A stretch of DNA of 64,000 bases from an uncultured delta proteobacterium (lineage in GTDB: Bacteria; Desulfobacterota; RBG-13-43-22). Under the pieces are notes generated by a model. It did not search any database, was not told where the DNA came from, and saw nothing but the letters and a program-made list of their open reading frames with translations. The stretch spans positions 32,001 through 96,000 of the forward strand of contig CAWDKY010000025.1 of NCBI GenBank assembly GCA_963802945.1. Reading direction: 5' to 3'. Within the stretch, counting starts at the first letter, position 1. Each line of letters begins with the position of its first letter. The position numbers and the translations under genes are program-made. This document shows, piece after piece, positions 9,822-20,286 of this stretch.

Positions 9822-11126
9822 TTGGCCTCTTTCGTTTGCCCTGACTTCCCGCAATCCGCAATCCGCAATCCACAATCCGATTTTGATGTTATTGTCATCG
9901 GCGCCGGGGCCTCAGGGATGATGGCTGCGGGCCGGGCTGCGGAAATGGGGGCCCGAGTCCTTTTGTTGGAAAAGATGCCCCGCGTTGGATTGAAGCTCGG
10001 TATAACTGGCAAAGGGCGTTGCAATTTGACTAACCAGGGCGACATCAATGCCTTTCTGGACAGTTATTCTCCGGACGGCCGGTTTCTCCGAAATTGTCTG
10101 GCCCGTTTTTTTAATCAGGATTTGATGAATTTTTTTGAACAGCGTGGGGTGCCTTTAGTCGTGGAAAGGGGAGGGCGGGTTTTTCCAAAATCAAATCGGG
10201 CCCTGGATGTAGTTTCCGCTCTGGTGGGTTTTATAAGAGAGAAGAAAGTTACAATAGTCAAAGAAGATCCAGTCCAGGAAGTCATGGTTCATTCCGGCCA
10301 AGTGGAAGGGGTCGAGACACAAAATGGAGCCTTCAGGGCCCAGGCCGTAATTTTGGCCACAGGCGGGGCCTCATACCGGAAGACCGGTTCGACCGGGGAA
10401 GGTTTTCGAATGGCACAACAGGCTGGTCATAAGATTGTACCCATCCGTCCTTTTTTAATCCCTTTGAAAGTCAAGGACCCTTGGGTCAAAGAACTCCAGG
10501 GGCTTTCTTTAAAAAATGTCTCGGCATCTGTATTAATAAATGGCCGGAAGGATTGTTCGGAGTTTGGAGAGATGCTTTTTACCCATTTCGGGGTTTCCGG
10601 ACCGATCATCCTGACCCTGAGCGGCCGGGTGGCCGATGTCCTCAAACAAGGCCGAGTAGAAATCTCAATTAATCTTAAACCCGCTTTAACCCAGGAACAA
10701 CTGGATGAGAGATTGAAAAGAGAATTGAAGACCCATCATCTCAAAGGACTACAAGGGATATTGAAATTTTTATTGCCCAACAGGATGATCCCGGTTTTTC
10801 TGGCCCTTTCCCAAATTCCAAGGGATAAAAAAGGAAATCAGATTACCGCAGAAGAACGCTCACGAATGAGGACCTTGCTCAGCGACTTCAGAATGACAGT
10901 GACCGGGACCCGGCCTCTGGAAGAGGCGATCATCACTGCCGGCGGTGTTCTCTTGAAAGAGGTGAATCCCAAAACCATGGAATCGAGAATTATCAGCGGA
11001 CTTTTTCTTTGCGGCGAGGTTTTGGATATTCAGGGTAAAACCGGCGGCTACAACCTGCAGGCCGCCTTTTCTACCGGCTGGGTGGCCGGAGAGAGTGCGG
11101 CGAAACGAGTGACAAGTGACGAATGA
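9822..11126 (+). CDS. NAD(P)/FAD-dependent oxidoreductase, HI0933/BaiN (YhiN) family
   Basis: GAGASG, GKGRCNLTN, GRVFP, LFTHFGVSGP, TGGYNLQAAFSTG; start codon uncertain. Confidence 0.93.
   Translation: MASFVCPDFPQSAIRNPQSDFDVIVIGAGASGMMAAGRAAEMGARVLLLEKMPRVGLKLGITGKGRCNLTNQGDINAFLDSYSPDGRFLRNCLARFFNQDLMNFFEQRGVPLVVERGGRVFPKSNRALDVVSALVGFIREKKVTIVKEDPVQEVMVHSGQVEGVETQNGAFRAQAVILATGGASYRKTGSTGEGFRMAQQAGHKIVPIRPFLIPLKVKDPWVKELQGLSLKNVSASVLINGRKDCSEFGEMLFTHFGVSGPIILTLSGRVADVLKQGRVEISINLKPALTQEQLDERLKRELKTHHLKGLQGILKFLLPNRMIPVFLALSQIPRDKKGNQITAEERSRMRTLLSDFRMTVTGTRPLEEAIITAGGVLLKEVNPKTMESRIISGLFLCGEVLDIQGKTGGYNLQAAFSTGWVAGESAAKRVTSDE
9841..10047 (+). repeat. Direct repeat copy 2 of 7319-7525
   Basis: Direct sequence comparison; it begins in an AATCCGC heptamer tract. 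Confidence 0.95.
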
Positions 11127-11181
11127 CGAGTTACGAGTTTAAAAACATTTGAAAGGCTGACTTGAAAACCATAACTCGCAA
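11103..11181. repeat. Heptamer array (GTGACGA-like) overlapping the flavoprotein stop codon
   Basis: gtgacaa gtgacga atgacga gttacga ... cataactcgcaa. Confidence 0.7.
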
Positions 11182-11193
11182 TAAAAATCATTT

Positions 11194-12237
11194 ATGACCT
11201 CAAAAATCGATCTCCGAAATCTGACTTTCGAAGAATTGCGGGACTGGATTGCCGGCCTCGGATTAGAGCCTTACCGGGCCGAACAGATCTCTCGTTGGAT
11301 CTTTCAACCGGCCATCACCACCTTTGATCAAATGACTAATTTATCCAAGAAATGGCAAGGCCTTTTCCAGGAGCAGGCTTATTTAAGCAGGTTGTTAATT
11401 CAGAAAATCGAAACATCCTCCGATGGATCTCAAAAATTTCTTTTTAAGTTGGAGGATGGAGAGCATATTGAAAGTGTCCTGATCCCCGAACGGGGTCATT
11501 ACACCTTGTGCATTTCTTCCCAAGTAGGTTGTGCTCAAAAATGCCGTTTTTGTTTTACGGGTAAGATGGGTCTTAAAAGAAACCTCAAGGCTTCGGAGAT
11601 CATCAACCAGATCCTGGGCGTTCAAGAGACATTAAGAGACAAAGATCCCCTTTTGACCAACATTGTTTTAATGGGCATGGGGGAACCCCTGCACAATTTT
11701 GAAAGCACAATTCGGGCCTTAAAGACCATGCTATCCCCGAGGGGAATGCAGTTTTCTCACCGCCATGTAACTCTGTCCACGGCCGGTCTGATTCCGGAGA
11801 TCAAGGCCCTGGGTAAAATCCTTCCGGTAAGTCTGGCGGTTTCCTTGAATGCGGCCGATGATACGACCAGAAATCGCCTGATGCCTGTCAACCGGAAATA
11901 TCCCCTGGAATCCTTGATCCAGACTTGTCGGGAGTTTCCTTTGCCCCACGGTAAAAGGATCACCTTTGAATATATCCTGATTAAAGGCATCAATGATTCC
12001 CCACTGGCAGCCAAGGCCCTGGTCAAATTACTTTCCGGGGTAAAGGCCAAGCTCAATCTGATCCCTTTCAATCCCCATCCCGGCGTTGGCTTTGAACCTC
12101 CTGATGAAAAGGATCTCGTAAGGTTTCAAGATATCTTGATCCGTTCTCAGTATACCGCCATCATCCGTAGAAGCAAGGGGGCCGATATCTCGGCTGCCTG
12201 CGGGCAGCTCCACGCCGAATGGACCTCGCCTCATTAA
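11194..12237 (+). CDS. rlmN: Dual-specificity 23S rRNA/tRNA m2A methyltransferase
   Basis: CISSQVGCAQKCRFC, MGMGEP, DISAACGQL. Confidence 0.96.
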   Translation: MTSKIDLRNLTFEELRDWIAGLGLEPYRAEQISRWIFQPAITTFDQMTNLSKKWQGLFQEQAYLSRLLIQKIETSSDGSQKFLFKLEDGEHIESVLIPERGHYTLCISSQVGCAQKCRFCFTGKMGLKRNLKASEIINQILGVQETLRDKDPLLTNIVLMGMGEPLHNFESTIRALKTMLSPRGMQFSHRHVTLSTAGLIPEIKALGKILPVSLAVSLNAADDTTRNRLMPVNRKYPLESLIQTCREFPLPHGKRITFEYILIKGINDSPLAAKALVKLLSGVKAKLNLIPFNPHPGVGFEPPDEKDLVRFQDILIRSQYTAIIRRSKGADISAACGQLHAEWTSPH

Positions 12238-12281
12238 AAGGATATTCTTTAGAGAAACCAAATGCAGACAGTTTCAATAGG

Positions 12282-12310
12282 TTGACACGATTTCCTTTTA
12301 ATATTATAAT
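12282..12310 (+). promoter_or_regulatory. Consensus sigma70 promoter for the hisI-hisG operon
   Basis: TTGACA-17 bp-TATAAT, perfect match. Confidence 0.85.
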
Positions 12311-12373
12311 GTTTTAAATTGATTAGGAATTCTATTTTTTTACTATTTTTGTTTTCCAAAATGGAAACTTCCC

Positions 12374-12757
12374 ATGGAAATTAAACTTAATTTTGAGAAA
12401 GGAGACGGACTTCTTCCGGCCATCGCCCAGGACTGGCAGACCGGACAGGTCCTCATGATGGCCTTTATGAATCGGGAGGCCTGGGAGAAAACCTTGACCA
12501 CCCGTAAGGCTCATTACTGGAGTCGTTCCAGGAATGAACTTTGGTTTAAAGGCGGCACTTCCGGGCATGTACAGGAGGTCAAAGAGATTCTTGTCGATTG
12601 TGATGGGGATTCCATCTTGTTGAAGGTGGAACAACTTGGCGGGGGGGCTTGTCATATGGGCTATAAGAGCTGTTTCCATCAAAAAATCAAAGAAGACGGG
12701 ACGATGGAAATTGTCGGTAAAAAAGTTTTCGATCCCGAGGAGGTTTATAAAAAATGA
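12374..12757 (+). CDS. hisI: Phosphoribosyl-AMP cyclohydrolase
   Basis: [31 protein letters not shown]. Confidence 0.96.
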   Translation: MEIKLNFEKGDGLLPAIAQDWQTGQVLMMAFMNREAWEKTLTTRKAHYWSRSRNELWFKGGTSGHVQEVKEILVDCDGDSILLKVEQLGGGACHMGYKSCFHQKIKEDGTMEIVGKKVFDPEEVYKK

Positions 12758-13626
12758 ACCCGTTAAAACTAGGCATACCCAAGGGGAGCCTTCAGGAAGC
12801 CACGATTAATCTGTTTAAACAATCGGGCTGGAAAATCGATCTCAACGGCCGGAATTATTTTCCGGAAATTGATGACTCGCAAATCCAATGTTCCATTTGT
12901 CGGGCACAGGAGATGTCCCGTTATGTGGAAAACGGGACCATCGATGTGGGTCTAACCGGAAAAGACTGGACCCTGGAAAACAATTCCAAAGTCAAAGTAG
13001 TGGCCGATCTTTTGTATTCCAAGGTCAGCCATCGTCCGGCCCGCTGGGTCCTGGCCGTGGCCAATGATTCTAAGTACAAAAAAATCGAGGATCTGAGCGG
13101 GAAAAAAATCGCCACTGAGCTAGTGAATTTTACTCGGCGCTATTTTTCCGAAAAAGGCATCCCTGTTCAGGTGGAGTTTTCTTGGGGGGCAACGGAAGGG
13201 AAGATCATCTCCGGTCTGGCCGATGCCATTGTAGAGGTGACTGAGACCGGCAGCACCATCCGGGCCCACGGCCTGAAGATCATCCACGAATTGATGATAT
13301 CCAATACCCAGGTCATTGCCAATCGAGAATCCTGGAAAGACCCCTGGAAAAAAGAAAAGATCAAACAGATCGTTTTGTTGTTGCAGGGGGCCTTACGGGC
13401 GGAAAAGATGGTCGGGCTGAAAATGAATGTCCCGGGAAACAGGCTCAAGGATATAGTGGCCATCCTTCCCAGTCTGAACGCCCCGACTATTGCCAATCTT
13501 TATAACAGTGACTGGTTGTCGGTGGAAACCGTGGTCGAAGAATCCCTGGTCAGAGAATTGATTCCCCAATTGATTCAAAAGGGAGCCGAGGGGATCATTG
13601 AATATCCCTTGAATAAGCTGATTTAA
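12754..13626 (+). CDS. hisG: ATP phosphoribosyltransferase (long form)
   Basis: [28 protein letters not shown]-terminal regulatory domain. Confidence 0.96.
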   Translation: MNPLKLGIPKGSLQEATINLFKQSGWKIDLNGRNYFPEIDDSQIQCSICRAQEMSRYVENGTIDVGLTGKDWTLENNSKVKVVADLLYSKVSHRPARWVLAVANDSKYKKIEDLSGKKIATELVNFTRRYFSEKGIPVQVEFSWGATEGKIISGLADAIVEVTETGSTIRAHGLKIIHELMISNTQVIANRESWKDPWKKEKIKQIVLLLQGALRAEKMVGLKMNVPGNRLKDIVAILPSLNAPTIANLYNSDWLSVETVVEESLVRELIPQLIQKGAEGIIEYPLNKLI

Positions 13627-13629
13627 GTC

Positions 13630-14574
13630 ATGAGGCAAGGTGCAAAAACGTTCGGCGTTTCCCGCCAGGGGCGGGATTTGTCGAAAAAAGATTTAACAAA
13701 CCCAGACTGTTTCAATAAAAAGATAGAGGAATGCCTAATGACAGTGGTCAATGGCTTTGGATTAAACAGGCATGATATTCAAGGGATTAACGTTGAACGC
13801 TCCTGCCCCTCGCAGGCGCTGAACACCGAACGGAAGGTAAGATGGGTTGTCATCTGGTTGCTATTATCCTTCCTGACCGCCTGTGCCTCTTCCATGGATC
13901 GGAAGGAAGATGCCATGTCGAGTATGCGCGTAGGGCAATCGATGCTTCAGGAAGGGCGTCCCACCCAAGCACTGGCTGAATTAATCAAAGCCAATGACTT
14001 GGATCCGAATAATCCGGAAATACGCAACGTCCTGGGAATAGCCTACATGGAAAAAGGGATGTTTTCCCAGGCTATCAATCAGTTTGAAAAAGCCCTCTTT
14101 CTTAATCCCAATTATGTTGAGGTCCATAATAATATGGGCACGGCCCTCCTCCGGGATGGGAGGGTGAAAGAGGCTATCAAGGAGTTCAATGCGGCCCTGG
14201 AAAATCCGATGTACCCCACTCCCCATTTTGTTCAATACAATTTGGGTCAGGCCTATTTTGCTTTAAAGGAATTTGATAAAGCCCGGGAACATTATTTGGA
14301 GGCCATTAAACTTTCTCCTGATTACAGCCTGGCCTATCACGGATTAGGCTTGGCCTGGAAGGCTACAAACCACATGGAAGAAGCGGCCGAGGCCTTGAAA
14401 AAGGCCATTGAATATGCCCCCAAATTTGCCCAGGCCCATTATGATCTGGGAGAAGTGCTGGTGGAATTAAAGCAAGCCTCTTTGGCCCGATTGGCTTTTC
14501 AGGAAGTCATCAACCTGGCCCCCGAAAGCGATTTGAGGAGAAAGGCCCAACAAAGGTTAAAAGAATTAAAATGA
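13630..14574 (+). CDS. TPR-repeat lipoprotein (PilW/Tgl-like); true start probably downstream (e.g. 13738)
   Basis: Lipobox LTAC and multiple TPRs; the N-terminal ORF extension spans heptamer repeats. Confidence 0.8.
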   Translation: MRQGAKTFGVSRQGRDLSKKDLTNPDCFNKKIEECLMTVVNGFGLNRHDIQGINVERSCPSQALNTERKVRWVVIWLLLSFLTACASSMDRKEDAMSSMRVGQSMLQEGRPTQALAELIKANDLDPNNPEIRNVLGIAYMEKGMFSQAINQFEKALFLNPNYVEVHNNMGTALLRDGRVKEAIKEFNAALENPMYPTPHFVQYNLGQAYFALKEFDKAREHYLEAIKLSPDYSLAYHGLGLAWKATNHMEEAAEALKKAIEYAPKFAQAHYDLGEVLVELKQASLARLAFQEVINLAPESDLRRKAQQRLKELK

Positions 14575-15755
14575 GAGCTAACAGTCTTGATTTCACGTCG
14601 GTATCCCAACGCGCCCGTGAAATAACCCCTTTTATCGTCATGGATGTCATGGAAAAAGCTCAGGTCATGGAGCGATCAGGGGAAACCATCATCCATCTTG
14701 AAGTGGGAGAACCGGACTTTGATACACCGGAATGTATTAAAGAGGCAGCCATTCAAGCCCTGCGTGAAGGGAAAACGCACTATACCGATAGCCGGGGCCT
14801 TATTGAACTTAGAGAAGCAATAAGCGCCCATTATTTCCGACAATATCGAGTCAGTGTCTCCCCGGATCAAATCATTATTACCTCCGGGACCTCACCAGCC
14901 ATGTTTATGGTCTTTTTGGCCTTGTTGGAACCTGGGCAGGAGGTCATTATTTCCAACCCTCATTATGCCTGTTATCCCAATTTTATCCAATTCGCACAAG
15001 GGAAACCAGTGAAGGTCCAGGTCTTTGAAGAAGATGGTTTTCAATATTATCCGGAAGAAATCCTGAAACGAATCGGACCGCAAACCAAAGGCATTTTTAT
15101 CAACTCCCCGTCCAATCCAACGGGGACTCTTTTGTCAGAGGAACGGATGAAGGCCTTAGCCCAATACGACCCTTATATTATTTCGGACGAGGTTTATCAT
15201 GGGCTGGTCTATGAAGGCCAGGAGCATTCCATTCTGGAGTTTACCGACCGAGCCTTTGTCTTGAACGGTTTTTCTAAATTGTATGCCATGACCGGCTGGC
15301 GTTTGGGCTATTTAATTGCCCCTAAGGAGTTTATTCGCCCCTTACAGAAGATTCATCAAAACTTTTTTATTTCAGCCAACACAGTGGCCCAATGGGCCGG
15401 TATCACCGCTCTGACCCAGGCCCAGGAAGATGTGGCCCGGATGCGGGCCTTATACGATCAGCGTCGAAAAGTGATGATCAAACGGCTTAAAGCGCTGGGA
15501 TTGGGTCTGAAGGTTGAACCGACCGGGGCTTTTTATGTTTTGGCCAATGCCAAAGCTTTCCATCACGATTCCTATAAACTGGCCTTCGATATCCTGAAAA
15601 AAGCCAAGGTGGGGGTGGCCCCGGGGATTGATTTCGGTTCCGGCGCCGAAGGGTTTCTCAGGTTTACCTATGCCAACTCCATTGAGCGGATCGAAGAAGG
15701 AATGGAACGTCTTCAGGCCTATTTGCGCCGGGAAGATTATAAAAAAATTCCATGA
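14571..15755 (+). CDS. PLP-dependent class I/II aminotransferase (aspartate aminotransferase-like)
   Basis: GEPDF, NSPSNPTG, ISDEVY, NGFSKLYAMTGWRLG. Confidence 0.93.
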   Translation: MRANSLDFTSVSQRAREITPFIVMDVMEKAQVMERSGETIIHLEVGEPDFDTPECIKEAAIQALREGKTHYTDSRGLIELREAISAHYFRQYRVSVSPDQIIITSGTSPAMFMVFLALLEPGQEVIISNPHYACYPNFIQFAQGKPVKVQVFEEDGFQYYPEEILKRIGPQTKGIFINSPSNPTGTLLSEERMKALAQYDPYIISDEVYHGLVYEGQEHSILEFTDRAFVLNGFSKLYAMTGWRLGYLIAPKEFIRPLQKIHQNFFISANTVAQWAGITALTQAQEDVARMRALYDQRRKVMIKRLKALGLGLKVEPTGAFYVLANAKAFHHDSYKLAFDILKKAKVGVAPGIDFGSGAEGFLRFTYANSIERIEEGMERLQAYLRREDYKKIP

Positions 15756-16336
15756 TTATTAGGTCAGCGGAATTCATTAAAAGCGGACTGAAAACCGCCC
15801 AATTACCTAAACCTTCTTTCCCGGAGATTGCCTTTGCCGGTCGGTCCAATGTGGGGAAATCCTCATTAATCAATGCTCTATTGCGGAGAAAGTCCCTGGT
15901 CCGAACCAGCCGCAGACCTGGCCAAACCCGAACCTTGAATTTTTTTTTGATCAATGATACTTTCATGCTGGTTGACTTGCCGGGTTATGGTTTTTCCCAG
16001 GCATCCAAAGAGGTGATTGATGCCTATCAGGAAGCCACGGCAACCTATCTGAAGACAAGAACCAATCTGACCCTGGTGGTCTTGTTGCTGGATATTCGCC
16101 GTACCCTCAGTAATTTGGATAAGACTTTTTTCCATTTGATCCAATCCTGCGGCCGAGATGCTTTGCTGGTCTTGACCAAATCAGACACTGTGGGTCGCGG
16201 GTCCTGGGGTAATCACTGGTCGGAAATCGCCAAAGACCTCGATGGCCCACAGCTAAATCCAATATTTTTTTCAGCCAAAACTGGGTTGGGAAGAGATGAA
16301 ATTTGGGCCGGGATCGAAAGCCAGCTTAAGATATAG
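15752..16336 (+). CDS. engB: Ribosome biogenesis GTPase YihA/YsxC
   Basis: GRSNVGKSS, PGQT, DLPGYG, TKSD. Confidence 0.95.
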   Translation: MIIRSAEFIKSGLKTAQLPKPSFPEIAFAGRSNVGKSSLINALLRRKSLVRTSRRPGQTRTLNFFLINDTFMLVDLPGYGFSQASKEVIDAYQEATATYLKTRTNLTLVVLLLDIRRTLSNLDKTFFHLIQSCGRDALLVLTKSDTVGRGSWGNHWSEIAKDLDGPQLNPIFFSAKTGLGRDEIWAGIESQLKI

Positions 16337-16379
16337 GTTTTAAAATATATTTATCTTAAAAAATAAGAAGGGAGTTAAT

Positions 16380-17066
16380 ATGAAACAAGGAAAGAAAACA
16401 ATCGTGACTATTGGATTATTAACCATAATTTTTGTGCTTGCTTCGATACCGGCTCTGGCTGCTCCGCCTGATAATTATACCTGCAAAATGGTATTTATGG
16501 GCATGTCCATGCCTATGGCCAAGTTAGGTAATAAGACGCGGGTGGAAAATGTAATGATGGGTGGTTTGGTGACCATAAACCTGATGGACGTAAAAAAGTC
16601 CATCACCATGAATACAAAAAACAAGACTTATTTTGAACAACCCACCCAGGAAAGGGTCCCCTCGATTTACAACCCGAATGTGGTCATTGAAAAAAAGAAG
16701 ATCGGAATGGAAACCATTGACGGACATCCTTGTATTAAATATAACGCAGTTTATTATACGAAAGACAAACCGGAAGAAAAATTTAAATCCGTTCTTTGGG
16801 AGGCCCAGGATTTGGGAGGATTGCCTATTAAAAACGAAGTAGTGGTCCCTGAGAATAAACGAAAGGAAGGCGGCCCGGAGAAAGTTGCTTCTGAAATAAA
16901 AGAGATCAAAATAGGTGCCGCTACGGCCGCCATGTTTGAAGTCCCCAAAGATTTCAAAAAAGTCAGCAGCATGAATGAAGTCATGGGTATGGGGCAAGGA
17001 GATATGGGAGAATTAATAAAACAGATGCAAAAAAAGAGCAACTCCAAAGCGCCCAAGGGTGAGTAA
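16380..17066 (+). CDS. Exported protein, DUF4412-like
   Basis: Signal peptide; KKIGMETIDGHPCIKY and MFEVPKDF motifs. Confidence 0.65.
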   Translation: MKQGKKTIVTIGLLTIIFVLASIPALAAPPDNYTCKMVFMGMSMPMAKLGNKTRVENVMMGGLVTINLMDVKKSITMNTKNKTYFEQPTQERVPSIYNPNVVIEKKKIGMETIDGHPCIKYNAVYYTKDKPEEKFKSVLWEAQDLGGLPIKNEVVVPENKRKEGGPEKVASEIKEIKIGAATAAMFEVPKDFKKVSSMNEVMGMGQGDMGELIKQMQKKSNSKAPKGE

Positions 17067-17516
17067 TAACCTAGAACCAACTTGCTTGATACCGCAGGCA
17101 GTGAGAAAAGGATTTCGTTTGATGATTTTTTTTCGGAAAGTTTTTTTATTTTTAGTAGGCACCATCGTCTCGTTGCTGCTTTTTTCGGCCTGCACTACTG
17201 AAAAGGCTTATCAGGTGGGCCCCGCAAGAACCTTCAACGATTCTCTGGTCGAGAAGGCCAATACTTGGCAGGGGGGGCTATTGGGGCTGCTTTAGGCAGC
17301 CCCACGGAAGGGAAGGTAATGGAAATGTCCGTCCGTGCCCTACAAGAAGCGGCTCAGGAAGGAAAACCCGTAGCCTATCTAAGTCTTGATGGATTTCAGC
17401 GAGTAGAGGCTTATCCGGTTGGAAAAGGAACTACCCCCAACTGCCGCTTAATCAGGGAGCAGATTTTTCAGGAGGGTAAGCTGGTTCGTGATGAGGTAAA
17501 GGAAGGTTGTTTATAA
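17059..17516 (+). CDS. Putative lipoprotein split by a frameshift in a G7 run (17271-17277)
   Basis: Lipobox FSAC in ORF 17059-17295; one extra G would join it to GAIGAALG... of ORF 17265-17516. Confidence 0.6.
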
Positions 17517-17844
17517 TACACGTCCAGTTATCTACAATTTTTTCCCTTTCCGTGTCATTCGCCTATCAATCAACTGCCAGATAGGCTTTATCTTTTTTCC
17601 CAATTAAAAACCCATAATGCCGATCCGTCTCCATTTCCGATGGTATTTTCTTCTAAAATTGAAGACCTCCAACCTGTTTGGCCGAAGTAAAGCAATAGGT
17701 TCATAGGGTTATCTGGGGTTTTAAGATAGTCATAGCCGTTATTAAAAACATCATTGAGGTCCCTGTTGCTGCCGAAATTTAGTTTAACCAATTGGAAAAA
17801 CAAGGAAAAAATTTCCTTTAAATTTTTTGTCCGGCAGTTTATAA

Positions 17845-17891
17845 TACCATCTATTGTAGAATGGATTAAACGCTTCCCCATCTGTTGTAGT
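17845..17891 (+). promoter_or_regulatory. Tandem NrdR boxes upstream of the class II RNR
   Basis: taccatctattgtaga (17845) and ccccatctgttgtagt (17876), 31 bp apart, directly after a TATAAT at 17840. Confidence 0.7.
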
Positions 17892-17969
17892 TGAAACGGC
17901 AAAGTGAGAGCGTTCGCCTCAAACAATAAAATCGAAATTCGGCAGGATAATAGAAAAGGAAATTAAGTC

Positions 17970-20156
17970 ATGACCTCTCAAAATTCCCCGCTTGTACTGA
18001 CCCCCAATGCCAAAATCGTCCTGGAGAAACGTTACCTAAAAAAAGATGCCCAGGGCCAAGTAACCGAAACGCCGGAGGACATGTTCCGCCGAGTGGCCAA
18101 GGTTATAGCTTCGGCCGACGCCCTCTATGGGAAAGAGGACCAAGTCCAATCCACCGAAGAATTATTTTTCCAGATCATGACCCGCTTGGAATTTTTACCT
18201 AATTCTCCCACGTTGATGAATGCCGGCCGGTCATTAGGTCAGTTGTCGGCTTGTTTTGTTTTGCCTGTCGAGGATTCGATCGATAGCATCTTTGAGGCTA
18301 TTAAACAAACAGCCATTATCCATAAAAGCGGCGGAGGAACCGGATTTTCCTTTTCCAGGATCCGGCCGGAGAAAGATATGGTTAAGTCGACTCATGGCAT
18401 TTCCAGCGGGCCTATTTCCTTTATGACCGTGTTTGACGTGGCCACGGAAACCATTAAACAGGGAGGGACCCGAAGAGGGGCCAACATGGGTCTGCTGCGG
18501 GTGGACCACCCGGATATAGAAAAATTTATCGATGCTAAATTACAGACCGACCGCTTGAATAACTTTAACATTTCGGTTTTAATCCCGGATTCTTTTATGG
18601 AGGCCCTTAAAAACAAACAGGAATACGACTTGTGCAATCCCCACACCGGCCTGAAAACCCGGTCGATTTCCGCCCAGGCTATTTTTGACAAGATCGTGGA
18701 TTCGGCCTGGAGAAGCGGAGAGCCGGGAGTGGTCTTTATTGACCGGATCAATCGGGATAATCCTACGCCGCATCTGGGGCCTATAGAAGCCACCAATCCC
18801 TGCGGAGAACAACCGCTTTTAGCTTATGAGTCCTGCAATCTGGGTTCGATCAATCTGGCCCGGATGGTTAAGAAGGGGGAAATTGATTTTAATCGGCTTA
18901 AAACCTTGGTGCACACGGCCGTTCATTTTTTAGACAATGTCATCGATGTCAATAAATATCCCTTACCCAAGATTGAAAAGATGAGCAAAGGAAACAGAAA
19001 AATCGGATTGGGGGTCATGGGTTTTGCCGACCTGTTGATCCAGTTGGGTATCCCTTATGATTCCCCCCAGGCGGTGGAAGTTTCCGAAAAAGTGATGGGT
19101 GTTATTGACACCGAGTCCCGTCAGGCCTCCGAACAATTGGCCGGAGAAAGAGGGAATTTCCCTAATTTTGTAGGCAGTGTGTTTGATCGGCCCGACAAAA
19201 ATCTTTCAGGGATGCGCAATGCCACTACCACAACTATTGCGCCTACTGGGACGATCAGTATCATTGCCGGTGCTTCCAGCGGAATCGAACCGTTGTTTGC
19301 CGTATCCTATTACCGGACGGTATTGGATGGGACGCAGTTGGTCGAAGTCAATCCTTATTTTAAAAAGATGGCCAAAGAAAAAGGCTTTTATTCCCCGCGA
19401 CTCATGGAACAAATTGCCCAGGAGGGCTCGATACGAAACATTCCGGACATACCTGAGGAGATTAAGGCCCTTTTCGTCACTTCTCACGATATCAGCCCGG
19501 AAAGTCACATCCAGATTCAGGCTGCATTTCAGAAATACACCGACAATGCGGTCTCCAAGACCATTAACTTTCCCCATGAGGCTACGCCGGAAGATGTTCA
19601 GAATGCCTACCTGACGGCCTATCACCAGGGGTGTAAGGGAGTGACCATATACCGATACGGCAGCCGGGAAACTCAGGTATTAAATCTAAATAAATACACC
19701 GAAAGTTCTACAATCAATCCCCGGCCGCGTCCCAGCCGAACCCTGGGGATTACGGAACGAATCTCTACCGGCTGCGGAAAATTATATGTGACCATCAATT
19801 CCGATGAAAAGGGGATCTGTGAGGTCTTTGCCCAGATGGGCAAGACCGGGGGGTGTGCTTCATCACAGATCGAGGCCACCGGCCGATTGATCTCTTTGGC
19901 CTTGCGGTCCGGGGTCAGTCTGCCCTCTATCCTTAAACAGATTTCCGGGATACGCTGTCCCTCTCCCACCTGGGGAAACGGCCATCAGATTCTATCCTGT
20001 CCGGATGCCATCAGCCGGGTGATCATCAACTATACTCAGGCAAAAATCGAAGATGATGACCGGATTATGGGCTCCTGCCCGGATTGCGGCGGTCAGGTGG
20101 TTCATGAAAACGGCTGTCTGACCTGCCATTCGTGCGGTTTCTCACGATGCAGTTAA
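17970..20156 (+). CDS. nrdJ: Vitamin B12-dependent (class II) ribonucleotide reductase with C-terminal TSCPD/Zn-ribbon domain
   Basis: [47 protein letters not shown]. Confidence 0.95.
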   Translation: MTSQNSPLVLTPNAKIVLEKRYLKKDAQGQVTETPEDMFRRVAKVIASADALYGKEDQVQSTEELFFQIMTRLEFLPNSPTLMNAGRSLGQLSACFVLPVEDSIDSIFEAIKQTAIIHKSGGGTGFSFSRIRPEKDMVKSTHGISSGPISFMTVFDVATETIKQGGTRRGANMGLLRVDHPDIEKFIDAKLQTDRLNNFNISVLIPDSFMEALKNKQEYDLCNPHTGLKTRSISAQAIFDKIVDSAWRSGEPGVVFIDRINRDNPTPHLGPIEATNPCGEQPLLAYESCNLGSINLARMVKKGEIDFNRLKTLVHTAVHFLDNVIDVNKYPLPKIEKMSKGNRKIGLGVMGFADLLIQLGIPYDSPQAVEVSEKVMGVIDTESRQASEQLAGERGNFPNFVGSVFDRPDKNLSGMRNATTTTIAPTGTISIIAGASSGIEPLFAVSYYRTVLDGTQLVEVNPYFKKMAKEKGFYSPRLMEQIAQEGSIRNIPDIPEEIKALFVTSHDISPESHIQIQAAFQKYTDNAVSKTINFPHEATPEDVQNAYLTAYHQGCKGVTIYRYGSRETQVLNLNKYTESSTINPRPRPSRTLGITERISTGCGKLYVTINSDEKGICEVFAQMGKTGGCASSQIEATGRLISLALRSGVSLPSILKQISGIRCPSPTWGNGHQILSCPDAISRVIINYTQAKIEDDDRIMGSCPDCGGQVVHENGCLTCHSCGFSRCS

Positions 20157-20286
20157 TTTGGAAATAACGATCGTCGTTGGGAGTTCGTTGTTCGGTGAAG
20201 GTCGGGGGCTTTGGGTGAGGGTCTCTTGACCCCTAATAAATATCCCATGAGTTCACCAAGGCAAGGGGCGCAAGAGGGGCGGGTGA

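Noticed and set aside
7319-10047. Classical target-site duplication or DGR template/variable repeat
   Set aside because: 207 bp is far too long for a TSD and IS91 makes none. The mismatches are not at adenines and no reverse transcriptase is present.
17588-17926. 112-aa minus-strand ORF
   Set aside because: No recognisable motif or RBS; it overlaps the nrdJ promoter and NrdR boxes.
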